From Octopus vulgaris (Eukaryota): DNA of 64,000 bases. The notes beneath the pieces were generated by a model. The model did no database searches and had not been told where the DNA came from. It was given only the letters and a program-made list of their open reading frames with translations. Positions 26,576 through 40,185 of the stretch are shown here, piece after piece. The stretch's first letter is position 1. Every line of letters begins with the position of its first letter. The stretch lies in assembly GCA_951406725.2 (NCBI GenBank), contig OX597819.1, positions 53,010,001 through 53,074,000 on the forward strand, read 5' to 3'. The translations under genes were made by a program, and so were the position numbers.

Positions 26576-29500
26576 AATACATTAGTGTAAATGTCCTAAG
26601 AGTTAACCTCATCACAACAGTGAGTGGAAACTCCATTTCAAAAGCTTTATAAACAGAAGCATATTCAGCTTTGAACAACTAGGCACAGTCCCTCTGCAAA
26701 GCACATGTGTATCCCACAAAGGATTGCCAGTCACACTTCTGGAATTAAAGAGACACCTGCTACATACAAAAATACATTCTTGAATATTCACTTTCGTAGA
26801 ACAAGGCAAATCTCTGTACAACCACCCACTTGCAGTGTCACCTCTAATACACTAACATGTTATATTTTCCACCATTACCCTCAATAGTTTTTGCTCTAAA
26901 TCAGCAAATATGGTCAGCCCACCTAATCTTTATACTCCACTTTTCTAACACCATTCCCAGTCTCACCCTCAAAAGCCTGCACTGAACATGTCTCCCTAAG
27001 CCTTCCTCTCCAGATGTGGTTTTTCTTTTTCTTTTTTCTGGTAATACCTTCAATTCTCTTATAGGCACCAACAAGCACAAATTTTAGTTAAACATCAGCT
27101 ACAATAATCACCTGCCAGCAAGACAAGGCTCATGAAAGTTATGAATATTCACCTCCTTCACATCAGAACATATTAAAAGAAAAAAACAAATGAAGCCATA
27201 AGGTACAAAACAAGCATCTAGAAAACACCACCAGTAGCTTAACACCTATTCCTAACAAAGGCTTAATCACTTCACAAGAGAATACATTATATCAATTTAT
27301 TTCATTAAAAAAAATCCAGTGTTAAACAGAGATATCATCAAGATTTTGAGGATCATTCATTCAATAAGTACATACCAATAGTATGGTTTTTCTAACTATA
27401 AAATCTATGGATAAAATCATAGTATCTACCATAACACTGTCAATTTCAAAGCTATATCAATTTATTTACTGGATGATATGTATTTTGAAAACAATAGTGT
27501 CACGGGTTGTAGATTTCCAACAGAACATTCACTGGTTTGATACATCTGCAACGGTGACAATAACTAGGGAATATGTATGTAACTCAGATGAAATAAAGTC
27601 CATGCAATACTTTTTAATGAAATGCATCATTTTATCAGTGTTTGCTTTGCTTTGCATATCTTATGACAACACTCATTAGTGAAAGGTATGCACACACACA
27701 TGCACACACAAATATACGGAGAGGATGGGCTTCTATACAATTTCCTTCTACTGTATTTCATTCACAAGGCATTGGTCAACCTGAAGCATTTGTAGAAGAC
27801 AACACTTGCTCCATTGAAATATGGTTGGAAAGTGGACTTCTTAACCACACAGCCATGTCCGCTTCTATTTCCAGCTTTATATCTTTTCCACCAAATTTAA
27901 ACATTTTCAGGTTCTGTGCAAGTGGAGCAAGAATGTTAAGTGTCCTACCAAAATTGAAATGCCAAAATTGTAATAGGGCACAAGCTCAAGGCACTACAGC
28001 CGAGGGGAAAATATTTTATCTACTCAGCTACTGACTCTGCAGGCTAGCATGAAAAGAATTCCTTAGTCAAACGAAAAGAGATATGTGGTTATTATATCAA
28101 ACTGACCCAAGACTGCTGTAGTCCTCTGTTAAGAGACTAGAGTAGGCAGAAATTCTCTATAGAAGAAGCGTTTAACAGGTTTCATGGTGGGATGAAAGAT
28201 GGACTTACATTAAAATATCCAATGTCTGTGCAATGACAGATGTACAATTATTTTGCTACCAAGAGACATATTTATTATCGCATCTGCAAGCAGTAGTAAT
28301 CAATCAGGGGGTTAGATAAAGCAAATCTTTCAATTCTCAAGGGCGAGAATAATTTCTGAGTCCCTGCTCCTTGTCACTAAATCTGGGTGTATGTGCTCAT
28401 ATAGCTAGACAAAACAATGTGTGTGAATGTGTATACTATCTCTCTCTCTCTCTCTCTCTCCCTCTCACACACACAGAGTCCTGCTGTTATTTTCTATGGC
28501 AGAGGCAGTGACAATGTAAAGTGTGAAACTGAAGGAAGAGAGTAATGGGAATAGAAATATACATTGGAACAAATGCTGTTAGGAACACAGATTGGTGAAG
28601 TACGGAGAAAAACAAAAATAATAGACGTGTGAAGAAATCTAGTAAGCCAACTATCATTTTGCTTCTCGTAATATTAAAGGAATGAATAAAGGAATAAAGA
28701 ATGGACAAAATATAAAATATAATAAAAAAAATTAACAGAAAAGCAAAGAAATAGATAATATCCAAATGAATGTCAAACTTATACTGAAAATAACAAGTAC
28801 AAGGAATATAATAGAGATGTTGTTATGCTTGCATGCTGGTCAGATTATTCAGCCATGGAAATATAGCTATTACATCAATTGTGTATGTTAATAAAAACCT
28901 TCAGAATAGTCAAGAGTATATTTAGTACAGTCATCATCTCAAGTGTTTGTAATAACAGCATAATAGAGAGTGTGTGTGATAATATTCTTGTCTATTAAAA
29001 GTGCATACAAAAGGAATACATTCAACAGCCAGATGCTCCTCATGGTACCAACTATTTTCATATAGAAATCATCTGTGTATTAGGGAAGAAAAAAAAAAGG
29101 TCAACAAATTAAGAAGATAGAAATAACACGTATGAAGTTCTCACAAGAAATATATCAATATTGTATTAAAAAATAATAATAATGTTTGAGCACTGATTAT
29201 TGTTTTGTTAGCTTGTAGATTAGAGCTGAAGTTTTGCTGTGGGTCAGAAAAATACAATAGGAAACCACACCATTGTATCACTAACTCATTTGAGTTACTT
29301 TCTTATAGAACAGATCTTTAGTGCCATGCCCAAAAGCCAAGTAGGATTATTGTGGTAGCCACCATGAATACTGCATTTGAATGTGCACATGTTTACACAT
29401 ATGGACATATGAAATAATCTGATATATTTTCAAACTGGCCTAAACACATACAAGCGCACAAACAAACATTTAAGAGAAAGAAATGAAAATGATATTGGAG

Positions 29501-30417
29501 ATAAGGGCAACAGTCAAAAAACTATAAAAAAGTATCCAAGCAGTTTGTCTTAGTTAATAGATTGAACTATGTTAGAAATTCTAACCACAAATAGTTAGAA
29601 CAGACAGAGGATAGAGAAAGAATTGCAAAAGCAATCTAAATATAAAAATAAGTAAATACAAATTACATAGTCACTAACCAGAGAACTTAAAGTGTGCAGT
29701 AACAGACATCTATAGTAGAGAATTGCAATTACTGAGGCTACATAGTCTAGAAACCAAGTGTGTCTAGTTGTTTAGTGAACTGAGAACCAAGATTCTTTTT
29801 GCACGTAAAAGACAAGCCATAAAGGTATGTTATAACATTTTTTTTTTTTTGGCAATAGTTTTATTCCTTCTCATTTTTATCTTTTTCGTTAAAAGAAATA
29901 AGAAGGAAAAAAAAAAAACAACAAACAAATTAAAAGCCTGAAATCAATAGTAAAGAGAGGAACCATACATTTTCTTATATAAAACTGTTTCCTCAGATGA
30001 ATAAAGTGAACCTATTGATTCCAGATGAGCTAAGACAGTATTGAAGGAGCCGGCATCACTGTCACCACCACCACCACCATCATCATCATCATACTTTAAT
30101 GCCTCTTTATTTCCACCACTATCAGACACTACTACATTCACTTCACCACCATCACCATCACCACCACCACCTTCATATTCTAATTCCTATTTATTTCCAT
30201 TTTAATGCTGGTGTATGTCAGATAGCTGTCTTTGATATAATATCAGGAAGACATAAGATTTGTCAACCCAAATTATAAAATGAGCGCAGTAACATTTTAT
30301 AGATATCCCAGAGGGTATACTTGTATATTTTACAAGAATTTATTATATGCTTCTTATACATTTTTCATTATGTAAGAAAGTGAAAACTGAAAAGCTAGAA
30401 AAAAAATAGGCACAAGA

Positions 30418-30472
<55 letters not shown>

Positions 30473-32324
30473 GAAATAATGTGAAGCACTTCAAAAATTT
30501 AGAGGAAAAAATGGTTTGAGAAGACTGTCTGAAACTAACAAGATATTAAAGGACACTTAACTAAGAACCTCAAGTGATTTCACCACCTTTAAAAAAAACA
30601 AAATTTCATCACTTTTAAAAACCATATTCAAAAGAGTAAAAGAAGAGGCCTCTACATGGTTATCCAAGGTACTAGAAATACCAGTAAAATCTCCCTCAAG
30701 GCATATGTTGATAATTTAAAACTTAAAAATTCACAACAGATAATATAGTTTAAGAAATACTAGTTTAACAAAAGCTAGGGTGATCGTGGTTGGAATGCCT
30801 TTGATCATAGATCTGTTCAATCAGACATAGGACTAAATAACAAACAATCACCCTTTTTTTCTTTTTTCAAAAATATCCCAAATTCACTTATTCTACAAAA
30901 TTTTTACTCACTCATTGAGACAATATAAGAAGGTGGTGGTGGCGAATGTGGCAGAGGCAGTGGCGGTACAAAGTAGGTATGCTTCTTATTACTGAAAATA
31001 GGAAGCGGGTGGCATAGGAATGAAGTTGATAAGCCGCATCGTAATTAATGCATTTAACTACAGTTAATTGCTTGAAATTTGTACCTTCAGTCTGAAGCCA
31101 AAAACTTGTAAACATCTAGAGATGCAATGGTAAAATTAAAATCAAAACAGAAAGATGCCAAGCAAAACAAAAGAAAGAAGTGAAAAATAGCAAGAATGTA
31201 AATCAGAAAGTGAAAGGAAAAGAGAGAAAATGTAAGGAGAATATAAGAGAGCGCAATACCAAGATGATGTATCGTTCAAGAACACACACACAAACTTATG
31301 TATATGCAAACTGCAGTACCAAACTTAAGACTTTATAGTTGAAAGTATGTTATATATGAAAACACTGTCATGTGAAGGATCTATACATATACACACCAAG
31401 AAAGACATGTACTAACATGCACACACAAATGCATACACACACATACATACAAATGCACAGACACTAACAAACACACTCATGTATATACACACACTAGTAT
31501 GTACAAACATACTCACACAGAGGTAAGAACAAACACAGAAGTATATACAAAGCGGGCATACACACAAACACACACAGAAAAGCATGAAATAAATAAACAC
31601 ATTACGCAGGAGTGTACACACAAACAGACACATAAGTATGTATAAACAAGCATACATATGCACATACACACACAGACATGTACAAACAAACACATGTGGA
31701 CACATACTTTACTTACATAACAAAACAAGAAAATAACGAAAACTGAAACAAACCAAAAAAAAAAATATAATAAACGCACACGAAGGAAAAGAAAGGAAAC
31801 ACACATTTGCATCGCCAATGCACGCATGTCTTCAAGTGAAGTAGTAGATATATGCAAATTTGGCAGGACGGAGAAGAAAATGCAGATAAGCAGAAAGACA
31901 AAGCTACAGGCAATTTTTCTCCAGCTTCAACAGTAACAAGAGGACAATAGAAAGCCACATTGATCCTACCAATGTTTTATTCATTAGCACAATTGGAGAA
32001 ACGGAACATTCCGGTCCCCAGAGAATATACAATACATATGCTAGAACACATAATGAAAACAAATGTTCAAACTGAAGAGAAGATACTTTAAATAGTAACA
32101 CATTTGCCACAAGATCAGAGTTGTAGAATGGAATTTTGAATAAAGAACACACTTCATTACTCTACACCTAATATATTGTTTACGCCGTTCAATTTTTCAG
32201 CCATGATTATCAGCAATTAAAATTTAATTAACTAAAATGGAAACGCAACACTTCTCAAGTTTAGCTTCTCATTTACTGCTTGCTTATTACACTTACCTTA
32301 TATTATTTTATATATGTATACTTT

Positions 32325-32364
<40 letters not shown>

Positions 32365-32500
32365 CTTGCTTTTTCGCTTCTTTATTTTTCATTCTATTTG
32401 TTTGTTTGGCTTTTCCTTTCTTTATTTTTTTTTTTTTTCTTCTCTTTTCTCCTCACTTCAAGTTAGCATCACAGATCAAATAATATATTGAAGGTTGTTA

Positions 32501-32545
32501 TTACTTACCTGAAAATAAAAATTGAAATGAATTATTAACTGGTAA
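32501..32545 (-). other. Candidate recursive splice site (3'SS fused to 5'SS)
   Basis: Minus: ccaGTTAATaattcatttcaatttttattttCAG|GTAAGTaa. Junction 32509/32508, branch-like A 26 nt upstream, no AG in between. Confidence 0.5.
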
Positions 32546-33316
32546 AATTAAAAATAAAAAAAAATTTAAATAATACAAAAAAATACACACCAAATACCAC
32601 AAATATTAATAATAATAATAACAATAATAATAACAACAACAACAATAATAATAAGGTAATATTGACACATACACACACATACAAAAATAAAGAATAAGCA
32701 ACAAAATGAAAAATATGGAAACAGAAATAAATTCTTAAAATGTTATTTCATATTATTGCTTGGGAAAAGGGGGAAAAAATATTAATCATTTTTCTGTGTA
32801 TGAACAAAACAACAATAAATAGAATATTCTGTTGTTACTTATTTATTGATTGTTTTCCATTTCTATTTAATGTTTCTCTCTCTCCCACACACACACATAC
32901 CACTACCTTATGAATGCTATTCCAGTTTCTTAGGAATATATTAATATAGTGTGTGAGTATGTGTGTGGGGAATGATGGGAAAAGTGGAGGGGGGCATTGT
33001 AGAAACTGGTGCGCACACTTTATAGACTTGCATATTAATTCATTCACACACATATATATATATACACATACATACATAGAGATTCTAGACACGCTTTCAC
33101 TCATAACTACATTGCTTGCCTACACATCCATTCACATGCACAATCAGACTGAAAAAAGACACCCACGTATATATACATCCACAAACACATGTATTTATCT
33201 GTTTGCACACTGCTATATGTCAGTGTATGTGCACATATAAATATACATGTATGTATGTATGTATGTATGTTTGTGTGTGTGTGTGTGTATACAAGGTGGA
33301 CGTTAAATGATGACAA

Positions 33317-33351
<35 letters not shown>

Positions 33352-33581
33352 TACATACATACATACATACATACATACACACACACAAATATGTAGATAC
33401 ACATACATATCCGCAACCAAATATGCATGTAAGCACATTCACGCATACACACACACACACATATATACACACAAAATTGCACACAAATATACGAAGATGA
33501 AACACCTTCAAGGCAATGGTAATTGAATAAGTCTAAAAACTGTTTAAATATGACAAGAACAACAACAGTGTTCCAGAACAG

Positions 33582-33626
<45 letters not shown>

Positions 33627-33898
33627 AATGGAATAGAATAAAATGCAAAGATAAGAAAACAACTCTAAAGATCTTGTTTACTGAGATAAAGTAGGAATAT
33701 TTTGTTTTATTTTTCTCCTAGTTTTAAAGTTTGAAAATGAAAACTAGCCAAAAGAAGAAAGAAAAAAGACAAACAAACAAACAAACAAGAATTTATAAGG
33801 AAAAAAAGGGGGTGCAAAAGCTAGGATAGAACTTTCACTTTCATTTTTAACTTTGTTTTTTTTTAATGAAGTAAGTGCAAACTTCTGAATGAGAAAGA

Positions 33899-33952
<54 letters not shown>

Positions 33953-34583
33953 TAATAATAATAATAAACATATTGGCACAGCTTAGTGGTTAAGATGACA
34001 ATTGAGGATGGAGAAACAGAGTTAATCTAAGTCAACAAGAGCTGTGCTACATACTAACAAACCATTTTTTTACAGACACATCTGTTGGCTCTGTCTATTT
34101 ATCTGTAAACAAGTACAGCATGGAAGTACAGATCACTCTAATAAGAAGTAAGGATATTCTTCTACTATTTGGTGAGGGTTCCGATAATTTAGTCATGAAG
34201 GTCATCACCAATAGTAATATTGTTGTGCATGACATGCCATAAATTATTGAAAAATTCCATTACAGTGATGGAAGCAATCATCATCATTGTCATCACTCCT
34301 TCCCTCTCTCTCTCTCTCTCTTTTTTTTTTTTTTTTACTAGTTTCAGCTCAGAGCTGCGGCCATGCTGATGCACCACCGTTGTCTCCACATCCACGTTTT
34401 CATGCTTGGGATGGTTCATACAAAATTTATCAGGGCAGATTTTCTATGGTTGGATGCTCTTCCTGATGCCAACCTTCACTCATTTGCAGCAAGGTATATT
34501 TCTCCCAGCCCTTCAAACACAAACAGTACAATGGCTGGACATATTTTCATGAGAAATTGCATATAAACAACATCATGTATGTA

Positions 34584-34625
<42 letters not shown>

Positions 34626-34626
<1 letters not shown>

Positions 34627-34926
34627 GCTGAGACCCCCTTCAGTCATGACTGACCATGGGATTGCACCTAGCAGTTGTTTATGGAAGACCAGCAGTCATC
34701 CATGCATACCGGCCTTCCCTCTCTACATCACCAGTGTTATCCAAGGGAAAGGCAAAGGCTGATACAGCTTGGCACCAGAGGTGTCACAACTCATTTATAC
34801 AGCTGAGTGAACAGGAGCAGCGTGAAATAAAAGTGTCTTGCTCAAGAACACAACACATAGCCCGGTCCAGGATTCGAACTCACAACCTCACAATCGTAAG
34901 CTCAATGCTCTAATCACTGAGCCATG
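34626..34926 (-). mobile_element. tRNA-derived SINE (family C)
   Basis: Minus head CATGGCTCAGTGATTAGAGC...GAGTTCGAATCCTGG (A and B boxes). Body TTGAGCAAGACACTTTTATTTCACG shared with the copies at 50192 and 57339. Confidence 0.85.
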
Positions 34927-35305
34927 ACAATGGTGCTTGCTTACAACTAGCACATGCTCTCAGGACAAAGAGACATACTCGCACATGCACACGAACACAC
35001 ACACATACATACAGAAGCAGCAGTCAAATCCTCTTCAAACTGCACCCAACCATTGAGTACTTTGGATAAAGTGGCCCAAGGTACATTATACCTGAAAAAC
35101 TGAGAGGATGGTCATAGCTCAAATTCAGATATGTCTAATTTAGGGGTAAACAACAACATCAAGAAGACCATTCTGGCATTTGCATATTAAGTTACAGGCA
35201 ATGGTTGGTGCATCATAAGTGGACATCATGAAAATAATTATACCTGCTAACTTAATAGAGAGACTGATATATATATTAGAAGGTTTGGAGATGATGTACA
35301 GGTAT

Positions 35306-35588
35306 TATATATTAGAGGAAAATAGGGTACTCAGAAATCTGGATGGTTTTATATTTACAGGTATTTAATAGTATGTTACATGTTTTTATAAACCATATAT
35401 CATACAATTAGACGCTTTCGTCCACTCTAGTGGAGTCTTCAAATTGAGTTCAATTTGAAGACTCCACTAGAGTGGACGAAAGCTCTAATATATGATATAT
35501 GGTTTATAAAAACATGTAACATACTAGTAAATACCTGTAAATATAAAACCATCAAGATTTCTGAGTACCTCATTTCTTCTAATATATA
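35306..35588. repeat. Long near-perfect palindrome (about 140-bp arms, 2-nt spacer at 35448-35449), probable Penelope-like element relic
   Basis: Arms are reverse complements with few mismatches, embedded in (TA)n, with a hammerhead core adjacent to the axis. Confidence 0.9.
35405..35446 (-). ncRNA. Minimal type I hammerhead ribozyme-like motif (U3 variant)
   Basis: caat-TTGAAGA-c-tccac-taga-gtgga-c-GAA-AG-cgt-CT-A^-attg. Stem I caat/attg, stem II tccac/gtgga with a C-C closing mismatch, 2-bp stem III, CUA triplet. Confidence 0.5.
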
Positions 35589-35605
35589 TATAGAGAGTGA
35601 GAGAT

Positions 35606-35655
<50 letters not shown>

Positions 35656-36237
35656 GGGACAGACAGAAAATGAGGCAAAGGGACCAATCGATGTTTGTTT
35701 GACATAAATCTGTAGTTAAGAAATTCATTTTGCAAGGATATGGCCTTGCATTTAGTCTAATTTTACAACACCTTTAGTTAACCTGTAGTGTCAGGTTAAC
35801 TAATGTTTTGCAAGTGGAATTTAGTGTGTGGAAATTGTATAGAATCCTGTCATGTACGAATGTATATGAACATACATGTGTGCGAGAGAGTTAAAGAGCG
35901 ACAATTCTGAAGCTAGTTCAATCCCACTGGGTGGCAATGCATCTTGTTCAAATGCTTTTAACCATAATTCAATGTTGACTCAAGCTTTGTGAGTAAAATT
36001 GAGTAAATGAAATGGAAACTGTGAAAGCTTATTAGAATGAAGTGCACCAATAATTCAAAAGTCCAGCTAAGTCAAATATGAGTTACTTTGATTCTACTTG
36101 AGAATCACATAAAGGTATACAATTCTGTAAAATAGCCAGCCACTTTGCACACCAATGAATCAGTCACCCAAATGGTTAAACAACTGGATGCTTATATATA
36201 AAAATCTACAGAAGATTGTATATAAATATATAAAGAT

Positions 36238-36285
<48 letters not shown>

Positions 36286-36492
36286 AAGTAGTTCATATAT
36301 CTTAAAAAGAAGCCCACTCTAAAAATATTAAGAGCAGTAATATATTTAAAAAGCAGTTTGTTATGACTGGTCAGAGAGTGACCATTGGTTTCACACCTAT
36401 ACATCTAAGCACTTTATAGGTGTGACCAGCCTTCTAAAAATATATATAAATGGAGTTTAACACAGGTGTAATTCAAATACTTTTACTTCAGA

Positions 36493-36557
<65 letters not shown>

Positions 36558-36665
36558 GGAAAGAGATACTAAAAGTGGGGGGGGGGCTTAAAACGTGTGG
36601 AAAGTAAGTAGTAGAGCAGAATGATGACAAAACATATGCAAATACTTTATACTCACACACACACA

Positions 36666-36819
36666 CAAATGTTAAGAAGAAAAGGCCTTTACTGATGACA
36701 TTAACCAGGTCCTTGTGCACTCTCATTATGTATGTATATATATATATATATATATATAATGAGAGTGCACAAGGACCTGGTTAATGTCATCAGTTAAGGC
36801 TTTTTCTTTCTAACATTTG
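36666..36819. repeat. Inverted repeat (about 63-bp arms) centred on a (TA)n tract
   Basis: ACTGATGACATTAACCAGGTCCTTGTGCACTCTCATTA mirrored exactly by TAATGAGAGTGCACAAGGACCTGGTTAATGTCATCAGT. Outer parts are diverged. Confidence 0.9.
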
Positions 36820-38255
36820 CAACAAATCTTGCAAAAGTGAAGTGAGCTAAAGTATTACATGTGTGCCCACAGGCACTCATCACAAAATTGGAAAGATGGC
36901 CATCTTCTGTAAAGAAATGAGAAGCGGCAATCGTTAAATCATTACAAATGCACATGAACAGGTGCAATTACCCCAAAAGTTGTTAAAATGAGTATTGTTT
37001 TGTTTAGGTTGTATTATTTTACATGTCCTGTATCTTAGCACTTTGACAAAATACGTATTGTTAAAATAAGCATCAGACAGAAATAAGTTCTGCAATTGAT
37101 ACAACTGACTAAAACAACCTAAGGTGGTGCCCCAGCTTAGCTGTAGTCCAAAGTTTGAGACCAATAAAAGAAATAAGAGAAGGAACAACAGAAAGCTGTA
37201 GCAAATTTGGCTGATATTCAAGTCTTTAGCTGGTTGAAAAGAGAGCACTAAGCAAGTGAATGCAATATCATATACAGCTAGGTATAGTTTGGTTAAACCA
37301 TAATTCAGAAGGGAGAAATAATAATAGACGCTATCTTTTTTTTTTTTTTTTTTCCTTTTCTCTTACATTAAAATAACAGTTGGTCTGAAAGTTGTACCAG
37401 CTATTACTTACAGTATTTCTTTATCATTACCAGTTAGCAGCAAGGTGTTTATCTAGGAAATAAATGTAACCTCTTACTTTAAAATGGACACAAATATTGA
37501 CGATCATGATCGTAGTGGTTATGATTGTGATGATGTGGTGGTGAAGGCGAAACTGCAGGAACCAAAGGAAAAAATAAAAAAAAAAACCTACCAACTCCAA
37601 AAACATAAAATGCTAAGAAATATATTTATCTTATTACTGAATTCTAAAAGCTGTTTTATCAGCTTTTCTCCTTGTCAACAATGGAAGTTATAGAATGTAA
37701 GACAGAACAGGTAGAAGGAGTGGGTCAAAGAGTTAGAAGGTAGCAACTCTTAAGCCAGTTTCAGTCAATCTCTGGCCAAACATTACATTCTTTGGATTAA
37801 TTGGAGAGGGGAGGAGGTGAGAAGGGAGGGGTGAGACAGGAGGGGGAATGAGAGGAGAGGGAGGAGGTTAGAAGAATGAAAAGGACAGAAAGAAAACAGA
37901 GATAGAGATACTAGAAAGGGGAGCTTAAAACATGTTTGGAAAGAAAGTGGTGGAGCTGAATGATGACAAAACATATGCAAGCACTCATACGTACATACAC
38001 ACACACACACACACATACAAATATGCACAAACACAACATTTATACATAAGGTAATACAAATATAGATACACACACAGTTCATGTATCTGAAATTCCTAAT
38101 CATTTGGGTGTGAATCACTAACAAAAGAGCAAAGACACAATAATGATAGCTTTATGCCTTTGTTTACATAGATATAAGTGCCCTAGAATGGCTGCTTTGT
38201 CATCAAGCTGGCTGATTGCAGTAAAGCAAACCCACTCCACAGTAGCAATCAACTG

Positions 38256-38560
38256 ACTTACCTAAGCCAGTAAACACCCTATGACCAACGGCTACTACTT
38301 GATCACACAGCGGAGCAAATATTTATACAATCCAAACAAGCAAACACCATCTGCAGTCAGTGACCACGCTGCAACCAGAGATAGCTTGTTCAGGTCTTTC
38401 AATGTTTGCTTAGTTATCAAACACAGTTCCCTATTATTCAATGACTTGATCAAACAAGATTTCTGCTATATATTCCAGACTTGCAATAGCTGAGCATTAG
38501 TTTTTCAATCTGAATGCAGATACAGTTTCACATGTGACAGAGCTGCTTTATCATCCAATC
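38256..38560 (-). promoter_or_regulatory. Candidate core promoter and non-coding first exon ending at a consensus donor
   Basis: TATATAG (38472) lies 30 nt before Inr-like TCATT (A at 38442). A second TATAAATA is at 38327. Donor TAG|GTAAGT at 38262/38261. Upstream CCAAT and CACATGTG, several forkhead-type motifs, repeat-free block. Confidence 0.3.
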
Positions 38561-40185
38561 AATAATACGTGAATGCATGCCTCTCACTCACTCACTCACT
38601 CTGTCTCCATCTTACACATACACAAACAGGAAATACACAAAAATATCTACAAATATAAACATACATTCATACAATACACATATGATAAATATACATATGT
38701 ATTGAAAAGGCCCGGTGTATGCAAATAGGCACGTATGCAAAAATCACACACATATACACACACATGTATATATGCACGTGTGTACATGTAAGTACCTGAA
38801 AATATACATGAATATATAATTGTACACAGTCACATGCATAAGCTCTTGTGTGCATACACACACACACACACATGCACACAAAGGCTGCTGAACAAATAAT
38901 TGGTTATGAAACCAAATGTTTATGTAGGAACCTAAAGAAACTGAGTTCTGCAAAAAGAAAGAATACAAACAACTGAACCGAATTCTACAAAATCAATCTA
39001 TGTGTGACACAATGGAAATATGCAAAACTTTCCAAAATATCTGAAGTCATTGTTAAAATAATGACGTGAATTTCGACTGCTGAGACCAGATCTTATTGTG
39101 TCGAATGAAACTCTATTAAATAAACACACATACACACACACACACAAACAAACAAACATTATCATCACCATCATCATTTAATTTTCATACACAAATACAA
39201 AATTAATATACCCCTATTATTGTCGTTCCAACAACTTAACCTGCAATCTACATAACGTTTTATGTGTACACAATGCAACAATAAATCAAATACTTTGTGT
39301 GTGCATGTCTGCACATGCATGTCCACAAATACATGTATGTACATATGTATGTATGTATATACGTAGAGAGAGAGAGAGAGAAAGAAAGAGAGAGAGAGTG
39401 GGAGAGAGGGATAGATACTGATAAGTAGATATGTATAAGTTCTGTTTGCATGTAATGTATGCAAATGTGAGAGAGAAAGAGGGGGAGAGAATAAGAAAGA
39501 GAGAGATGATTTTATTATATATCTTTATATACACTGCATTGCTGTATATATATTCTTTTACTGGCTTCAGCCACTGGATTGTGGCAATGCTAGTGCACTA
39601 CCTTCAAGAGTTTAATAAATCATACTTCAATCCAGTATTCATGCCAGTATGATATTTATTTTATCAAATCTTGTTTGCCCAACTGCTAAGTTCACACACA
39701 CACACAGAGGGTCCCTATCTACTAAACTCCAGCCACAAAGCATTAGTCAATCCAGTAGAAGACTGAAACTATGATTGCAAAGTGAACTTTTCAACCACAT
39801 GGCTATACCTCTGCACCCACACACACTGTCAAAGTCAATTTTTAAATGTTGAATGTTCAAAATTAGAAAACTCTGCTTCTAGACTATTCAAAGGGAGTTG
39901 TGGCTTCAACAGTAGAACTCTTGACGTAAAGCAAGCAAAAATTAGTGGAAAGGAAATTCAGAGACATAAAGACAGTGTTGCAGTTGGTTGAGAGACAGAA
40001 AAATATTGTTACAGATTCTATATATTCACAATAAAATGACATTCTATTGCATTTGAAAAGTGGCCAAAAAGAGAACCAGGTAGTACTGTATAGAAATTTT
40101 CCATGTAATTCCTCTACAACAAAAACCTGACCTACTACTCCATCTCCAAGCATAAGACTGATCTCCCATCTCAGGTTTCATAATA

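Noticed and set aside
26612-26900. Cys-rich frame (..FVCSRC) resembling a decayed RTE zinc motif
   Set aside because: Similarity is marginal and no adjacent RT motifs are recognisable.
37958-38092. C/D box snoRNA (ATGATGA...CTGA)
   Set aside because: The interval is mostly microsatellite, has no terminal stem and lies on the strand opposite the inferred transcript.
38198-38220. miR-2-like sequence (ATCAGCCAGCTTGATGA on minus)
   Set aside because: The seed does not match and there is no complementary arm forming a hairpin.
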